A stretch of DNA of 64,000 bases from a virus, in the IMG/VR virus record IMGVR_UViG_3300027586_000002, positions 32,001 through 96,000 of that record. One strand, 5' to 3'. The notes under the pieces are model-generated. The model was given only the letters and a program-made list of their open reading frames with translations. It was not told the origin of the DNA and searched no databases. This document shows positions 37,235-45,906 of this stretch, in pieces; positions within the stretch are counted from its first letter, which is position 1, and the number at the start of each line of letters is the position of its first letter. The translations under genes and the position numbers were made by a program.

Positions 37235-37320
37235 TCCAAGGTAGGAGAATTGGTAAACCCAGAAGACTGTTAATCTTCCGTCGTAAGACATTGCTTGTTC
37301 AAATCAAGCCCTTGGAGCCA
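37235..37320 (+). tRNA. tRNA-Asn(GTT) with long variable arm
   Basis: TCCAAGG/CCTTGGA-G-CCA, GAAGA-CTGTTAA-TCTTC, V arm GTC-GTAA-GAC. Confidence 0.9.
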
Positions 37321-37341
37321 CTTCCAATCAATTAATTAATT

Positions 37342-37884
37342 ATGCCTACTCATTGGTTTACTGCAGATCACCACGCCGGCCATGCAAAAATAATAGAATA
37401 TTGCCGACGCCCATTCCGTGATACCCACGAGATGGACGAAACGATGATAAACAATCATAACTCTGTTGTTCAGCCAGGCGACTTTGTTTATATACTTGGA
37501 GATGTTGCTTTTAAGAATCCTGCTAACTATATACGCAGGCTCAATGGGCACAAGTTCATTATTAGAGGTAACCATGATAAGCATATAGAAGAGTGCAAAA
37601 GCCTGGTTGGTTGGATAAGAGACTTCCAACAGATAACAGTTGAAGGACAAAAGATAGTCCTAATGCATTATGCCATGCGTGTTTGGCCAAGTTCCCATCA
37701 CGGCGCTTATCAGCTTTATGGGCATAGTCACGGCACATTGGAAGATGATCCTAACGCCCTGTCTATTGATGTAGGAGTAGATTGTCACAACTTCTTTCCT
37801 ATATCGTTTAAACAGGTACAAGCTAAGATGGCTAATAAAAACTTTAAGCCAGTAGACCACCACAACGCTGAAACTAATGATTGA
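37342..37884 (+). CDS. calcineurin-like metallophosphoesterase
   Basis: DHH.GH, LGD, GNHD, HY, GHSH. Confidence 0.9.
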   Translation: MPTHWFTADHHAGHAKIIEYCRRPFRDTHEMDETMINNHNSVVQPGDFVYILGDVAFKNPANYIRRLNGHKFIIRGNHDKHIEECKSLVGWIRDFQQITVEGQKIVLMHYAMRVWPSSHHGAYQLYGHSHGTLEDDPNALSIDVGVDCHNFFPISFKQVQAKMANKNFKPVDHHNAETND

Positions 37885-38056
37885 AGACGCACTTAAACAG
37901 CAATTAAAGTTGATTGAGGCAACAAACGCCTGGCTTAAAGATGAAACCAATAAGTACATTACTTCTCCTGTAAAGGATAAGAACAAACTTGTGGAGCTTC
38001 AATCCAGGCATAGGCAGTTAATAAAAGATATAGACAGGTTAATAGAACAAGATTAA
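37877..38056 (+). CDS. small coiled-coil protein (59 aa)
   Basis: Read manually: MIEDALKQQ...LIEQD*. Confidence 0.45.
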   Translation: MIEDALKQQLKLIEATNAWLKDETNKYITSPVKDKNKLVELQSRHRQLIKDIDRLIEQD

Positions 38057-38075
38057 TAATACGTTAATAGTTAAT

Positions 38076-38152
38076 GCTCCTGTAACTCAATTGGCTAGAG
38101 TGCAGAGTTTCTACCTCTGAAGTTGTAGGTTCAAATCCTACCAGGAGCACCA
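38076..38152 (+). tRNA. tRNA-Arg(TCT)
   Basis: GCTCCTG/CAGGAGC, CAGAG-TTTCTAC-CTCTG, CCA. Confidence 0.93.
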
Positions 38153-38160
38153 AATTTAAT

Positions 38161-38526
38161 ATGGACAATATAAAACTAAATAAGTTAAAAGCCAAGGCAA
38201 TGAAAGCCGGTAAGTTCTTGGATCGTATCCCAGAGGAACAGACAGAAGCAGTATTTGCTACAGCTCTAAAGTATCGTCCTAAGAATTTAATGGATAAGAT
38301 CAATCTATTCCATAAAGAGGTAGGAGACACCCAATATTATGAAATGTTAGGGACTGCGTGGTTTTTGGAGTTTCTTGATATCTGGGATGACGAGCAACGT
38401 CAGGTTAACACAGTCGCCTTTGTGGAGGAGCTCTATAAGTTCATCCCTGAAGGCGAAAGTGTTACTCAAGATGACGTTTCTGCCTGGGTTCAATTACAGA
38501 AAATGGCAGAAGAAGAAAACGATTAA
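38161..38526 (+). CDS. hypothetical protein
   Basis: ORF track. Confidence 0.6.
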   Translation: MDNIKLNKLKAKAMKAGKFLDRIPEEQTEAVFATALKYRPKNLMDKINLFHKEVGDTQYYEMLGTAWFLEFLDIWDDEQRQVNTVAFVEELYKFIPEGESVTQDDVSAWVQLQKMAEEEND

Positions 38527-38565
38527 GTTTTACAGCAATAAGATTGGACTGTACTTTATCAAATT

Positions 38566-39273
38566 ATGTCAAAAACTTTAATTATAAGCGATATACACCA
38601 CAGATGGCAAAAAGCTGAAAAGCTTATATTAAAAGAGAAGCCAGATAAAACCATATTTTTAGGTGACTACTTTGATGATTTTGATGACTCTTGTCTTGAA
38701 GCAAGGCAGACTGCCCAATGGCTAAAGACTAGTCTTACATTTAAGAATAGAATACATCTTAGAGGTAATCATGACACACATTATGAAAGCCAAAATACAA
38801 GGCTTCAATGCTCTGGTTATGAGTTGAAGAAAGATATAGTTATAAACGAGGTAATGAAAGCTAAGGATTGGCGCAAGCTTTATTGGTTTCATTATGAGAA
38901 TGGGTGGTTATTTACTCATGCTGGGGCCCACCTTTTATATGTAGGGCCGCAAGTTAATCGTATTGAAATATACATGGCCGAAGAAGCTAAAAAAGCTAAC
39001 CGTGTATATTTTGAGTCAAAAGGAAGTCACTGGTTCTGGCACATCGGGGCTTCAAGGTATGGCTGGGACGGCATAGGAGGTATTACCTGGTGTGATGCCA
39101 ACCGTGAATTTGATGCTGTTCCAGGGCAGAAACAAATCTTTGGACATACTCCTCAGCAAGTAACCAATGTTGATGAGCTATGGCTTGATGAGAACAACCT
39201 ATGCCTTGATACTCATTCCAATCATTATGCTTTGATGGATGAGCATGGAAATATAAATGTTAAAAAAGTTTAG
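38566..39273 (+). CDS. calcineurin-like metallophosphoesterase
   Basis: SDIH, LGDYFD, GNHD, THAG, GHT. Confidence 0.9.
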   Translation: MSKTLIISDIHHRWQKAEKLILKEKPDKTIFLGDYFDDFDDSCLEARQTAQWLKTSLTFKNRIHLRGNHDTHYESQNTRLQCSGYELKKDIVINEVMKAKDWRKLYWFHYENGWLFTHAGAHLLYVGPQVNRIEIYMAEEAKKANRVYFESKGSHWFWHIGASRYGWDGIGGITWCDANREFDAVPGQKQIFGHTPQQVTNVDELWLDENNLCLDTHSNHYALMDEHGNINVKKV

Positions 39274-39279
39274 TAAAAT

Positions 39280-39363
39280 GGACGGGGTCCGGCTGGTCGA
39301 GGAAGCAGTCTTGAAAACTGTTGGGGTTAATAGCCCTCTAGGGTTCGAGTCCCTACCCGTCCG
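39280..39363 (+). tRNA. tRNA-Ser(TGA)
   Basis: GGACGGG/CCCGTCC-G, GCAGT-CTTGAAA-ACTGT, long V arm. Confidence 0.93.
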
Positions 39364-39372
39364 ATCACTTTT

Positions 39373-39615
39373 ATGTATCCAGAACAACGCCCATGGCAAG
39401 TCAGACATTTGTTTAAAGCATTACGTGTATTAGTTACAACTGAAACTAATCGTTGTTTCTTTAAAGAGGAGTTCAAACAAATTGATTATTGCTCAATACA
39501 CGTAGCTATAAAGAACGGTAATTTAATAGAAGCCATAAAGATATACAGATCCTATAATAATTGTAGTCTGGTAGAGGCTAGAGATTTTATATTTATGTTG
39601 GCAGGTAAGCCATAA
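39373..39615 (+). CDS. small protein with ribosomal L7/L12 C-terminal-like motif
   Basis: GNLIEAIKIYR....SLVEARDFI. Confidence 0.55.
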   Translation: MYPEQRPWQVRHLFKALRVLVTTETNRCFFKEEFKQIDYCSIHVAIKNGNLIEAIKIYRSYNNCSLVEARDFIFMLAGKP

Positions 39616-39642
39616 TATTTTTAGACCAGAAAATCCAAAATT

Positions 39643-40074
39643 ATGCGTAAAATAAAATTTAGAGTTTGGGACGAGAAATACAATCAATGGGATACTTCAC
39701 CTATCACCTTTTATTCTAATGAATTAGCGGTTAAGCAAGGTAGAGTTATTCAGCAGTTCACCGGACTTAAAGATAAGAATGGTAAAGAAATTTACGACGG
39801 TGATATTGTTTCCTTCAATTATACGGTTGGAGACTTCGCGTGGGAAGCTATGGACAATGATGAGCGGGAGGTAAACAAAGAGATGATGGGCAAACTATAC
39901 GTTTGCGTAGTCGTTTGGTGCGAATGGAATTGTGGATTTATGATGGCGGACGGGAGCCTTGAATCTACCCATATTCAATTTCCTATGCTCTACGCTAAGA
40001 CCGGGAAAGTTATCGGTAATATATTTGAGAATCCAGACTTATTAGTACCTATTTTTTATCACGAGGTGGTGTAA
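39643..40074 (+). CDS. YopX-family protein
   Basis: MRKIKFRVWD...QFTGLKDKNGKEIYDGDI...VIGNIFENPDLL. Confidence 0.9.
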   Translation: MRKIKFRVWDEKYNQWDTSPITFYSNELAVKQGRVIQQFTGLKDKNGKEIYDGDIVSFNYTVGDFAWEAMDNDEREVNKEMMGKLYVCVVVWCEWNCGFMMADGSLESTHIQFPMLYAKTGKVIGNIFENPDLLVPIFYHEVV

Positions 40075-40141
40075 CGGTAGCACGAAGGCCGGCAAGCCTG
40101 CTTGCCGGCTTTTGTTTTGGTTCAATTCCAGACCTACGTGT
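40060..40141 (+). ncRNA. tRNA-like RNA whose anticodon arm is a 12-bp hairpin with a 4-nt loop
   Basis: Acceptor CACGAGG/CCT(A)CGTG, D arm GTGT-AACGGTA-GCAC, T arm TTTGG-TTCAATT-CCAGA. Confidence 0.7.
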
Positions 40142-40195
40142 TATAACTGTAACTTAAATATTGGTCAGCCATTCATTTTGTTGTATGATAACCTT

Positions 40196-40357
40196 ATGAC
40201 AACATTTGAATGGTTACATCGTGAAGCTGAGAAGGCCCTTGTCAAGCGCGCCAATGCAACCACAGTTCAGGAATGTCAGGAATTAAACAGCTGGCTTAAT
40301 GAACTAAGAGGCAGGCTAAACAGCCATATTCGGGAAACCAGGAAACAAAGAAAATAA
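40196..40357 (+). CDS. small hypothetical protein
   Basis: ATG 40196 within listed ORF 40112. Confidence 0.45.
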   Translation: MTTFEWLHREAEKALVKRANATTVQECQELNSWLNELRGRLNSHIRETRKQRK

Positions 40358-40504
40358 CTCTTACCAAAGGCAAAGATGCAGGTAATATAGTAGAAGTTAA
40401 ACACGCACCTTTCGTGTTAGCTAATGATATACCTAACTTCGTAAAAAATAATGAATGCTTGCTGGGATTAATTCCGAAGTATTCCAAAAGATTAAGTTTC
40501 AAAC

Positions 40505-40578
40505 GTCGCCTTCGTATATTGGTAATACTTCTGGTTTTCATCCAGAAAAAAGCAGTTCGATTCTGCTAGGCGATACCA
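40505..40578 (+). tRNA. tRNA-Glu(TTC)
   Basis: GTCGCCT/AGGCGAT, TCTGG-TTTTCAT-CCAGA, CCA. Confidence 0.9.
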
Positions 40579-40620
40579 ATACATAAATAGACAGGCAGTT
40601 TATCTGCCTCAATACGTAAT

Positions 40621-41304
40621 ATGCCATATCCAATATTAGATCAAACATTTAAAAATCTAACCATACACGAGTATAACACAGCTAAAGAAGAGCTGGTTAA
40701 ATACCAACCAAAGACAATAGAGTCAAAGTATAACCGGGTAATGTTTGCCCAGTTATCGATAAAACAAAATTGTACCAATAATGTCAGAAGTTATCGTCAT
40801 TTGAAGAAAACATTTGAGGCTACTTTCAAAGATGAAGAGTCCGTAAAGGCTGCGGTAAAAGCATCCAAGGCAGGGTTGATCAAAGTAAGGTCCAAGGGAC
40901 TCTGGGTTTCAAACAAAAAGCACAATGAAGACAATTTGTTTTATACAAAGAGAGAAGGAGAAACCTGGCGTGAGTGCAGGTCAAGATGGCGTGGGCAGAT
41001 ATACGGCATAGGACTTGCCAAGATATCTTTTACATTGGAGCTGATGTACCCACTAGATGCAAAACTTGTATGCCTAGACACACATTTATTAACCCAATTT
41101 GGACATAATAAAGATAGGCTCAATCCTATTGAGTATCAAACTTATGAGGATTACTTCCTTGCTAAATGTGAAGAAATGAAGCTTACGCCTACAGCAGCGA
41201 GAGAAGCAATATGGAGAAAACTTGCTGGTGAGAACAAAGAGAACGAACCATCATGGCTTACAAGATCTTTTGAAGACGAATTAACTGTGCCCGCGGTAGC
41301 TTAA
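40621..41304 (+). CDS. HhH-GPD DNA glycosylase-like protein (Ogg-like)
   Basis: IYGIGLAKISF HhH motif and CLDTHLL catalytic Asp. Confidence 0.65.
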   Translation: MPYPILDQTFKNLTIHEYNTAKEELVKYQPKTIESKYNRVMFAQLSIKQNCTNNVRSYRHLKKTFEATFKDEESVKAAVKASKAGLIKVRSKGLWVSNKKHNEDNLFYTKREGETWRECRSRWRGQIYGIGLAKISFTLELMYPLDAKLVCLDTHLLTQFGHNKDRLNPIEYQTYEDYFLAKCEEMKLTPTAAREAIWRKLAGENKENEPSWLTRSFEDELTVPAVA

Positions 41305-41373
41305 CTGGCTACAGTAATAGCCTACAAAACTATAGCATAATGGAGGCAACTCCATTATGCTGCACTAAAAATT

Positions 41374-41838
41374 ATGGACAGAGCAGACCTACAAGAAATA
41401 ATCGATTGGCCAACTGTGCTTAAACAAGATAGATGCGCAGGAGGGCATAGAGCAGTTATGAGTAATATATTTAGTGAAACTGATGCTAAGGTTATAGCTT
41501 GGTACCAAGATGACCTATATGAAGGGGAATTGGCTATTGCTTATCAGTTTTATAAAGACGGAACAATATGTTTGATTACTGATTTTTTTGGGTCTTGCTC
41601 CGGCTGTGATGCTTGGGAGGGCGTAGGCGATAAAGAAGCTGAAGATCAGATACACACCCTGGTTGCTAATTCCAGGGTGTTTAAATGTGTAAGAGACAGC
41701 ATAGCCTTCCTTAATAATGACATAGACAATAAACCAGAGAACTTTGGTTTTAGAATTGCAACGAATCTAACAGACACATTGGAAAATATTGACGATATTA
41801 CTTTTGATGAGCCAGAAGGCAGGAAGATTAGTTTATAG
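41374..41838 (+). CDS. hypothetical protein ending EPEGRKISL
   Basis: FGSCSGCDAW motif. Confidence 0.65.
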   Translation: MDRADLQEIIDWPTVLKQDRCAGGHRAVMSNIFSETDAKVIAWYQDDLYEGELAIAYQFYKDGTICLITDFFGSCSGCDAWEGVGDKEAEDQIHTLVANSRVFKCVRDSIAFLNNDIDNKPENFGFRIATNLTDTLENIDDITFDEPEGRKISL

Positions 41839-41912
41839 GCGAGTGGCGCAGCGGTTAGCGCAGATGCTTTACACGCATTTGGTCGGGGGTTCGAGTCCCT
41901 CCTCGCCTACCA
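41837..41912 (+). tRNA. tRNA-Val(TAC)
   Basis: AGGCGAG/CTCGCCT, GATGC-TTTACAC-GCATT, CCA. Confidence 0.95.
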
Positions 41913-42014
41913 TTTTTATGACCCCCGGGTAGTTACTACGTATGGCTAAAACGGTATAATATATTGATAGACCAATGTGCCTGTTGCCCATTGGCTGTCC
42001 GTTCCTACCTAACT

Positions 42015-42431
42015 ATGAAAGATACAAGAAAAAGAAACAAAGCAACTTACCAAGCCATGAAAAAAGTAGCTTTGCTATTTGTGAGTGCGAAGCCGATTGC
42101 TGAAGTATTAGACATCTTCAGTGATCATCAAGCAGATGGCATGATCCAAATCGAGCACGACCCAGCTCGTATTGTCGGGCAGCGATTTGATCTCGTCTTG
42201 TTCGGGAAATCCGCGCCAGCCAGAGGTTGGTTCACCGGCACCAGGATGGCTGGGTTTGTCCCCAGTCGGACTGTGACAGTCATACCAAAAATCTGCAGTG
42301 TCTTGGACGCCGTAGTAGCCATACACTTAATGCTCTGCAATCCTGAGATTAAGGGACACGAGTTAACTAAGCTTTGGCCAACGGGTCCTGGCTCCCGCAA
42401 AGCTCGAGCCAGGCTCATACCCTGGGATTAG
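42015..42431 (+). CDS. GC-richer hypothetical protein
   Basis: ATG 42015 downstream of GGTATAAT box. Confidence 0.5.
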   Translation: MKDTRKRNKATYQAMKKVALLFVSAKPIAEVLDIFSDHQADGMIQIEHDPARIVGQRFDLVLFGKSAPARGWFTGTRMAGFVPSRTVTVIPKICSVLDAVVAIHLMLCNPEIKGHELTKLWPTGPGSRKARARLIPWD

Positions 42432-42445
42432 TAGGAAGTTGTAGT

Positions 42446-42480
42446 AAAGGAAAAGCAGGTGTTACGCCTGCTTTTCCTTT
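42446..42480. terminator. bidirectional terminator between convergent genes
   Basis: AAAGGAAAAGCAGGTG-TTA-CGCCTGCTTTTCCTTT. Confidence 0.7.
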
Positions 42481-43162
42481 AACTATTAGCTTTGAGCTTG
42501 ATATCAATTATCTTTTTAATCTTTGCATAGTGTTTAACGGCTTCAGCTTCATTAAACCTGCCCATGGCTCTAGTATCAACAGAATGTACATCAATACCAA
42601 ACTCAGCACATTTATTGATCTTGCGACGGTCGTTGCGCTGTACGGCCCTTAGCTGCTTATCCCCATAGATAGGGTCGTAGTGTACAGGCCCATTGATTTC
42701 AATGCCCATATCTAATGATGGTATGAATATATCTAACTCTGATCGTTTTAGAAGAGTACGGTCATTATAGTGTATAGTGAGGTTTGGGTAGTCTAGGTTA
42801 AGCCTAGCTTCAGTCCATACTTCAAACTGTGAACGTGTCATGCCCTTCTTTCCATGAGCAGCATTATAACGATTTGCACAAGCAGAGCAGCAGAAGCCCA
42901 CTCTGGTTCTGGCAATCTCTACTCTGCGTCTTTTAAATAAGGCATTACACTGTCTACAGTTATAATCTTGCGCTGTGTTATCAAACTTAACTTTACAGTT
43001 GCCGGAACAAAATTCTACAGTTATAAGCTCCTTAGCTTCAACAGCCTTCATGTACTCATGCTTTTCTCTATGAAAGGCCTTGGCACACTGAACACATTGA
43101 AATCTGAGATCGTCAAGATGAGTGGCTTCCTTGAATTCTTTATCCTTAAACAACTTAATCAT
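42479..43162 (-). CDS. Zn-finger PD-(D/E)xK/Vsr-like endonuclease
   Basis: CVQC, FCSGNC, CRQC, FCCSAC; ELDIFIP...IEINGPVHY...D..K...C. Confidence 0.7.
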   Translation of the reverse strand: MIKLFKDKEFKEATHLDDLRFQCVQCAKAFHREKHEYMKAVEAKELITVEFCSGNCKVKFDNTAQDYNCRQCNALFKRRRVEIARTRVGFCCSACANRYNAAHGKKGMTRSQFEVWTEARLNLDYPNLTIHYNDRTLLKRSELDIFIPSLDMGIEINGPVHYDPIYGDKQLRAVQRNDRRKINKCAEFGIDVHSVDTRAMGRFNEAEAVKHYAKIKKIIDIKLKANS

Positions 43163-43209
43163 TTAGTCATACTACGCTTATGCAATCTTTTTTGGAATCA
43201 AAATAAAGC

Positions 43210-43659
43210 ATGAAAGAAATCACCGGGGATATCTGGGAAATAAGAAAAACCACAGGCAGCTGGGTGTGCGTGCCAACCAACGCCATAGTTAATTCTAGTG
43301 GATTAGCGGTAATGGGAGCAGGCGTTGCGTTACAAGCAGCGGAGAAATTTAAACATCTTCCAAAAACACTAGGTCAGAAACTTAGTAAACATGGTAACAG
43401 AGTCTACGCTTTCATGGACGATCAGATATTCACATTCCCAACCAAACAAAATTGGAGAAGTGAGTCTGAATTAGATTTGATTGCTGGTAGCGCCATGCAG
43501 TTAAGAGAGCTGTTAGACGCAATATCAAGCGCCAGCCTTAATGGTAAGATACTGCTCCCAAGGGTTGGTTGTGGTAACGGTAATTTAAGCTGGGACAAAC
43601 AGGTAAAGCCTATTGTTTCAGCTATACTTGACGATAGATTTTTAGTAGTAACCTTATAA
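43210..43659 (+). CDS. macrodomain ADP-ribosyl hydrolase (Poa1/TARG1/DarG-like)
   Basis: GDIW, VMGAGVA, FPTK..WR, LPRVGCGNG.L.W. Confidence 0.85.
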   Translation: MKEITGDIWEIRKTTGSWVCVPTNAIVNSSGLAVMGAGVALQAAEKFKHLPKTLGQKLSKHGNRVYAFMDDQIFTFPTKQNWRSESELDLIAGSAMQLRELLDAISSASLNGKILLPRVGCGNGNLSWDKQVKPIVSAILDDRFLVVTL

Positions 43660-43688
43660 ACAACTTTAGTTATGGCAAAAAAGACGTG

Positions 43689-43717
43689 TTGACAATCGCC
43701 TGATAATCCATTAAGTT
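43689..43717 (+). promoter_or_regulatory. sigma70-like promoter
   Basis: TTGACA-N17-TAAGTT. Confidence 0.55.
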
Positions 43718-43903
43718 TACATCGAATAGTAAACAGTTCTTTGTGAATTTGAATGGAGGTGATTAAGGTGTTTGACTGTATGATGCAGTCGAAAAGCTAT
43801 GTAAGTAGTTGTAAATAGGCTACTTAATGTTTAGAAAGTAAGAAAACAGCAAAGCAATCAAGGCTAGTTCAAGGTTATAAATAACTAAAAAAGGAAAAAA
43901 AAT

Positions 43904-44008
43904 ATGTTCAGTCATCTGTTGGTAGCGGTTGTGTCTTTTGTAGTTGGCGCGCTGCTTGCACGCAAAAATTGCAAAAAAAATTGCGGTATTGATTCGGATA
44001 AACGGTAA
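43904..44008 (+). CDS. 34-aa single-TM peptide
   Basis: MFSHLLVAVVSFVVGALLARKNCKKNCGIDSDKR; AAGGA upstream, terminator hairpin 44026-44052 downstream. Confidence 0.5.
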   Translation: MFSHLLVAVVSFVVGALLARKNCKKNCGIDSDKR

Positions 44009-44062
44009 AAACAATTAACCAAACTAGGCTGGCGATGAAAGTCGTCAGCCTTAATTTATTTT

Positions 44063-44449
44063 ATGGCAGAATACGAAACAAACAACACACGTAGAATCAT
44101 TATTGACGAGGAACCTCGTGAAGGTCCTCAGATTGACAATTCATCAGGTAAACGTCTTTTGATACTAAACCCTGAAGGAAAGTTTCCTTTCAAGTTTAGT
44201 ACTTATAGTGCAAAGCTCATCGTCCAAGTTCCTGATGTCATTAGCGCTTTTGTTGAATCACAAGCCAAAGAATTAGGTGATGATGTCCCGGAGGGAGTAA
44301 TCATAGAAGAGTACAAAGGCAGCCCATTGCTAGTTCTTAATGCGACAGGTAGCTACCCGTTCAGGTTTGGTCTATATAAGGCCAGGCTTATTATAGAAAA
44401 CATGGAAGCAATTAAGAAGTTCGTCGCAAGCGACGGAGCTGAAATTTAA
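44063..44449 (+). CDS. protein with two internal ~45-aa repeats
   Basis: G..LL.LN..G..PF.F..Y.A.LI......I..FV.S twice. Confidence 0.7.
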   Translation: MAEYETNNTRRIIIDEEPREGPQIDNSSGKRLLILNPEGKFPFKFSTYSAKLIVQVPDVISAFVESQAKELGDDVPEGVIIEEYKGSPLLVLNATGSYPFRFGLYKARLIIENMEAIKKFVASDGAEI

Positions 44450-44462
44450 ATATTTTTGGTTC

Positions 44463-44535
44463 GCCTGTGTAGCTCAGTTGGCAGAGCGCGACTTTTGTAA
44501 AGTCGATGTCGGGGGTTCGAGCCCCTCCACAGGCT
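44463..44535 (+). tRNA. tRNA-Thr(TGT)
   Basis: GCCTGTG/CACAGGC, CGACT-TTTGTAA-AGTCG. Confidence 0.95.
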
Positions 44536-44575
44536 TGCTTTCATTTGGTATGTAGTAGTTGTCAATCTGCGTATT

Positions 44576-44917
44576 ATGAAAATAAATGAGCAGCCAATAT
44601 ATGTAGGAACAATGTTGATTGTTGCCCATTCGTCAGGAATGGGAAGAGGCTATGAAGTGGATGAATTGTTTGAGACAACGTCACTCGGTATTGCCTATAA
44701 TGAAGAAAATGCACTCGGTATTGCCTATGATGAAGACGGAGAAAGTTTAGTTTTTATTAATAATGACCAACGCGTATTACATGTAGACAATTCAAATTGT
44801 TTACAACCTGGCTTGGCTCAAATCTCTTGCTTGATTTCTTCAATGATTATAAAAATAGTCCACAAGAATGAACCAAATAACAAACGTTCGCCCGTTGACC
44901 GACCAACCCCAGCATAG
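44576..44917 (+). CDS. hypothetical protein with 30-bp internal duplication
   Basis: CACTCGGTATTGCCTA.. at 44682 and 44712. Confidence 0.5.
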   Translation: MKINEQPIYVGTMLIVAHSSGMGRGYEVDELFETTSLGIAYNEENALGIAYDEDGESLVFINNDQRVLHVDNSNCLQPGLAQISCLISSMIIKIVHKNEPNNKRSPVDRPTPA

Positions 44918-45039
44918 GCGTTGTCAATGTCTTCACTGTAAGTTTAATAGTTTAAACCTTATTAGATACAAGGAACTAGACTATAATAATAAACCATATT
45001 TTCACATGAAATGCATAAAATGTGAAGGAGAGTTTTACG

Positions 45040-45450
45040 ATGAATAACAATCACTGTATGTTCACTCTAGAAGCTGTGTTACTTGGGATTTGGTTTCATT
45101 TGCAAAATAAGCCACTACCTTCAGTTGGAGCATTTTGTGACGTAATTGTAGACGTTAAGAATAGAAAGATGTATCCAGAGCTTCTCGCCCACGTAGATAT
45201 AAGAAAAATACATATGCGCGAAGGAGACTTAATAGCTGAAAGTTTTTTAAACCTGGCAAAAAAGCGTATTATACTATTTGAACATAACTCTTTTCCAAAT
45301 AGTAAGACTTGTGGTTCTTATATTATACAATCTGATTTGTTCAACCAGGTTTATAATAGTCAATTGGCAATACACTTCTATAATTACCAGTCTCAATTAA
45401 GAGAACTAGCTAATCTTGTGGCGCAAAAACAGCGAGAGTTGGAAACTTAA
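45040..45450 (+). CDS. hypothetical protein
   Basis: ORF track (ATG 45040). Confidence 0.5.
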   Translation: MNNNHCMFTLEAVLLGIWFHLQNKPLPSVGAFCDVIVDVKNRKMYPELLAHVDIRKIHMREGDLIAESFLNLAKKRIILFEHNSFPNSKTCGSYIIQSDLFNQVYNSQLAIHFYNYQSQLRELANLVAQKQRELET

Positions 45451-45453
45451 TAT

Positions 45454-45538
45454 GCGGTTGTGGCGGAATTGGCAGACGCGCTGGACTTAGGATCCAGTGG
45501 AGAAATCCTTGGAGGTTCAAGTCCTCTCGACCGCACCA
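45454..45538 (+). tRNA. tRNA-Leu(TAG)
   Basis: GCGGTTG/CGACCGC, CTGGA-CTTAGGA-TCCAG, V arm, CCA. Confidence 0.95.
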
Positions 45539-45555
45539 TTCAAACAAGTAATACA

Positions 45556-45768
45556 ATGACAGCACCAGCACAAAAAGACGAAATCCTCGAACAGGCGATA
45601 GAACAAATGTTTCATACTAACCGAAAAGGCAGTATTGAAAATCATAAATGCGTAAACCCTCCAATAGGTTGCGGCGGTGAGGCCATAAACTTTGGAGACA
45701 TGATCAGCTACAATGAATATTGCATTTCTGGGTTATGCCAAAAATGCCAGGATCAAATATTTAAATAA
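45556..45768 (+). CDS. small Cys-rich protein
   Basis: CV.PP.GCG....F.D..S..EY.ISGLCQ.CQD.IF. Confidence 0.65.
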   Translation: MTAPAQKDEILEQAIEQMFHTNRKGSIENHKCVNPPIGCGGEAINFGDMISYNEYCISGLCQKCQDQIFK

Positions 45769-45803
45769 AAAATTTGTACCGGGCTAACTCCCATCAAGTT
45801 TAA

Positions 45804-45885
45804 GGCGCTGTGGTGGAACGAATACACAACGGACTTAAAATCCGTCGCCGCAAGGATTGAGGGTGCGAATCCCTCCAGCGCCACC
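45804..45885 (+). tRNA. tRNA-Leu(TAA)
   Basis: GGCGCTG/CAGCGCC, ACGGA-CTTAAAA-TCCGT, V arm, TGCGAAT T loop. Confidence 0.88.
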
Positions 45886-45906
45886 TTTATTTCAACACTT
45901 AAGCAA

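Noticed and set aside
38110-38116. Possible CTA amber-suppressor anticodon in loop TTTCTAC
   Set aside because: 5-bp stem leaves a 7-nt loop centred on TCT (Arg); TAG terminates several genes normally, so no recoding evidence
40535-40541. Possible TCA (Sec/opal) or CAT anticodon in loop TTTTCAT
   Set aside because: Loop centre is TTC (Glu); no Sec-type long arms
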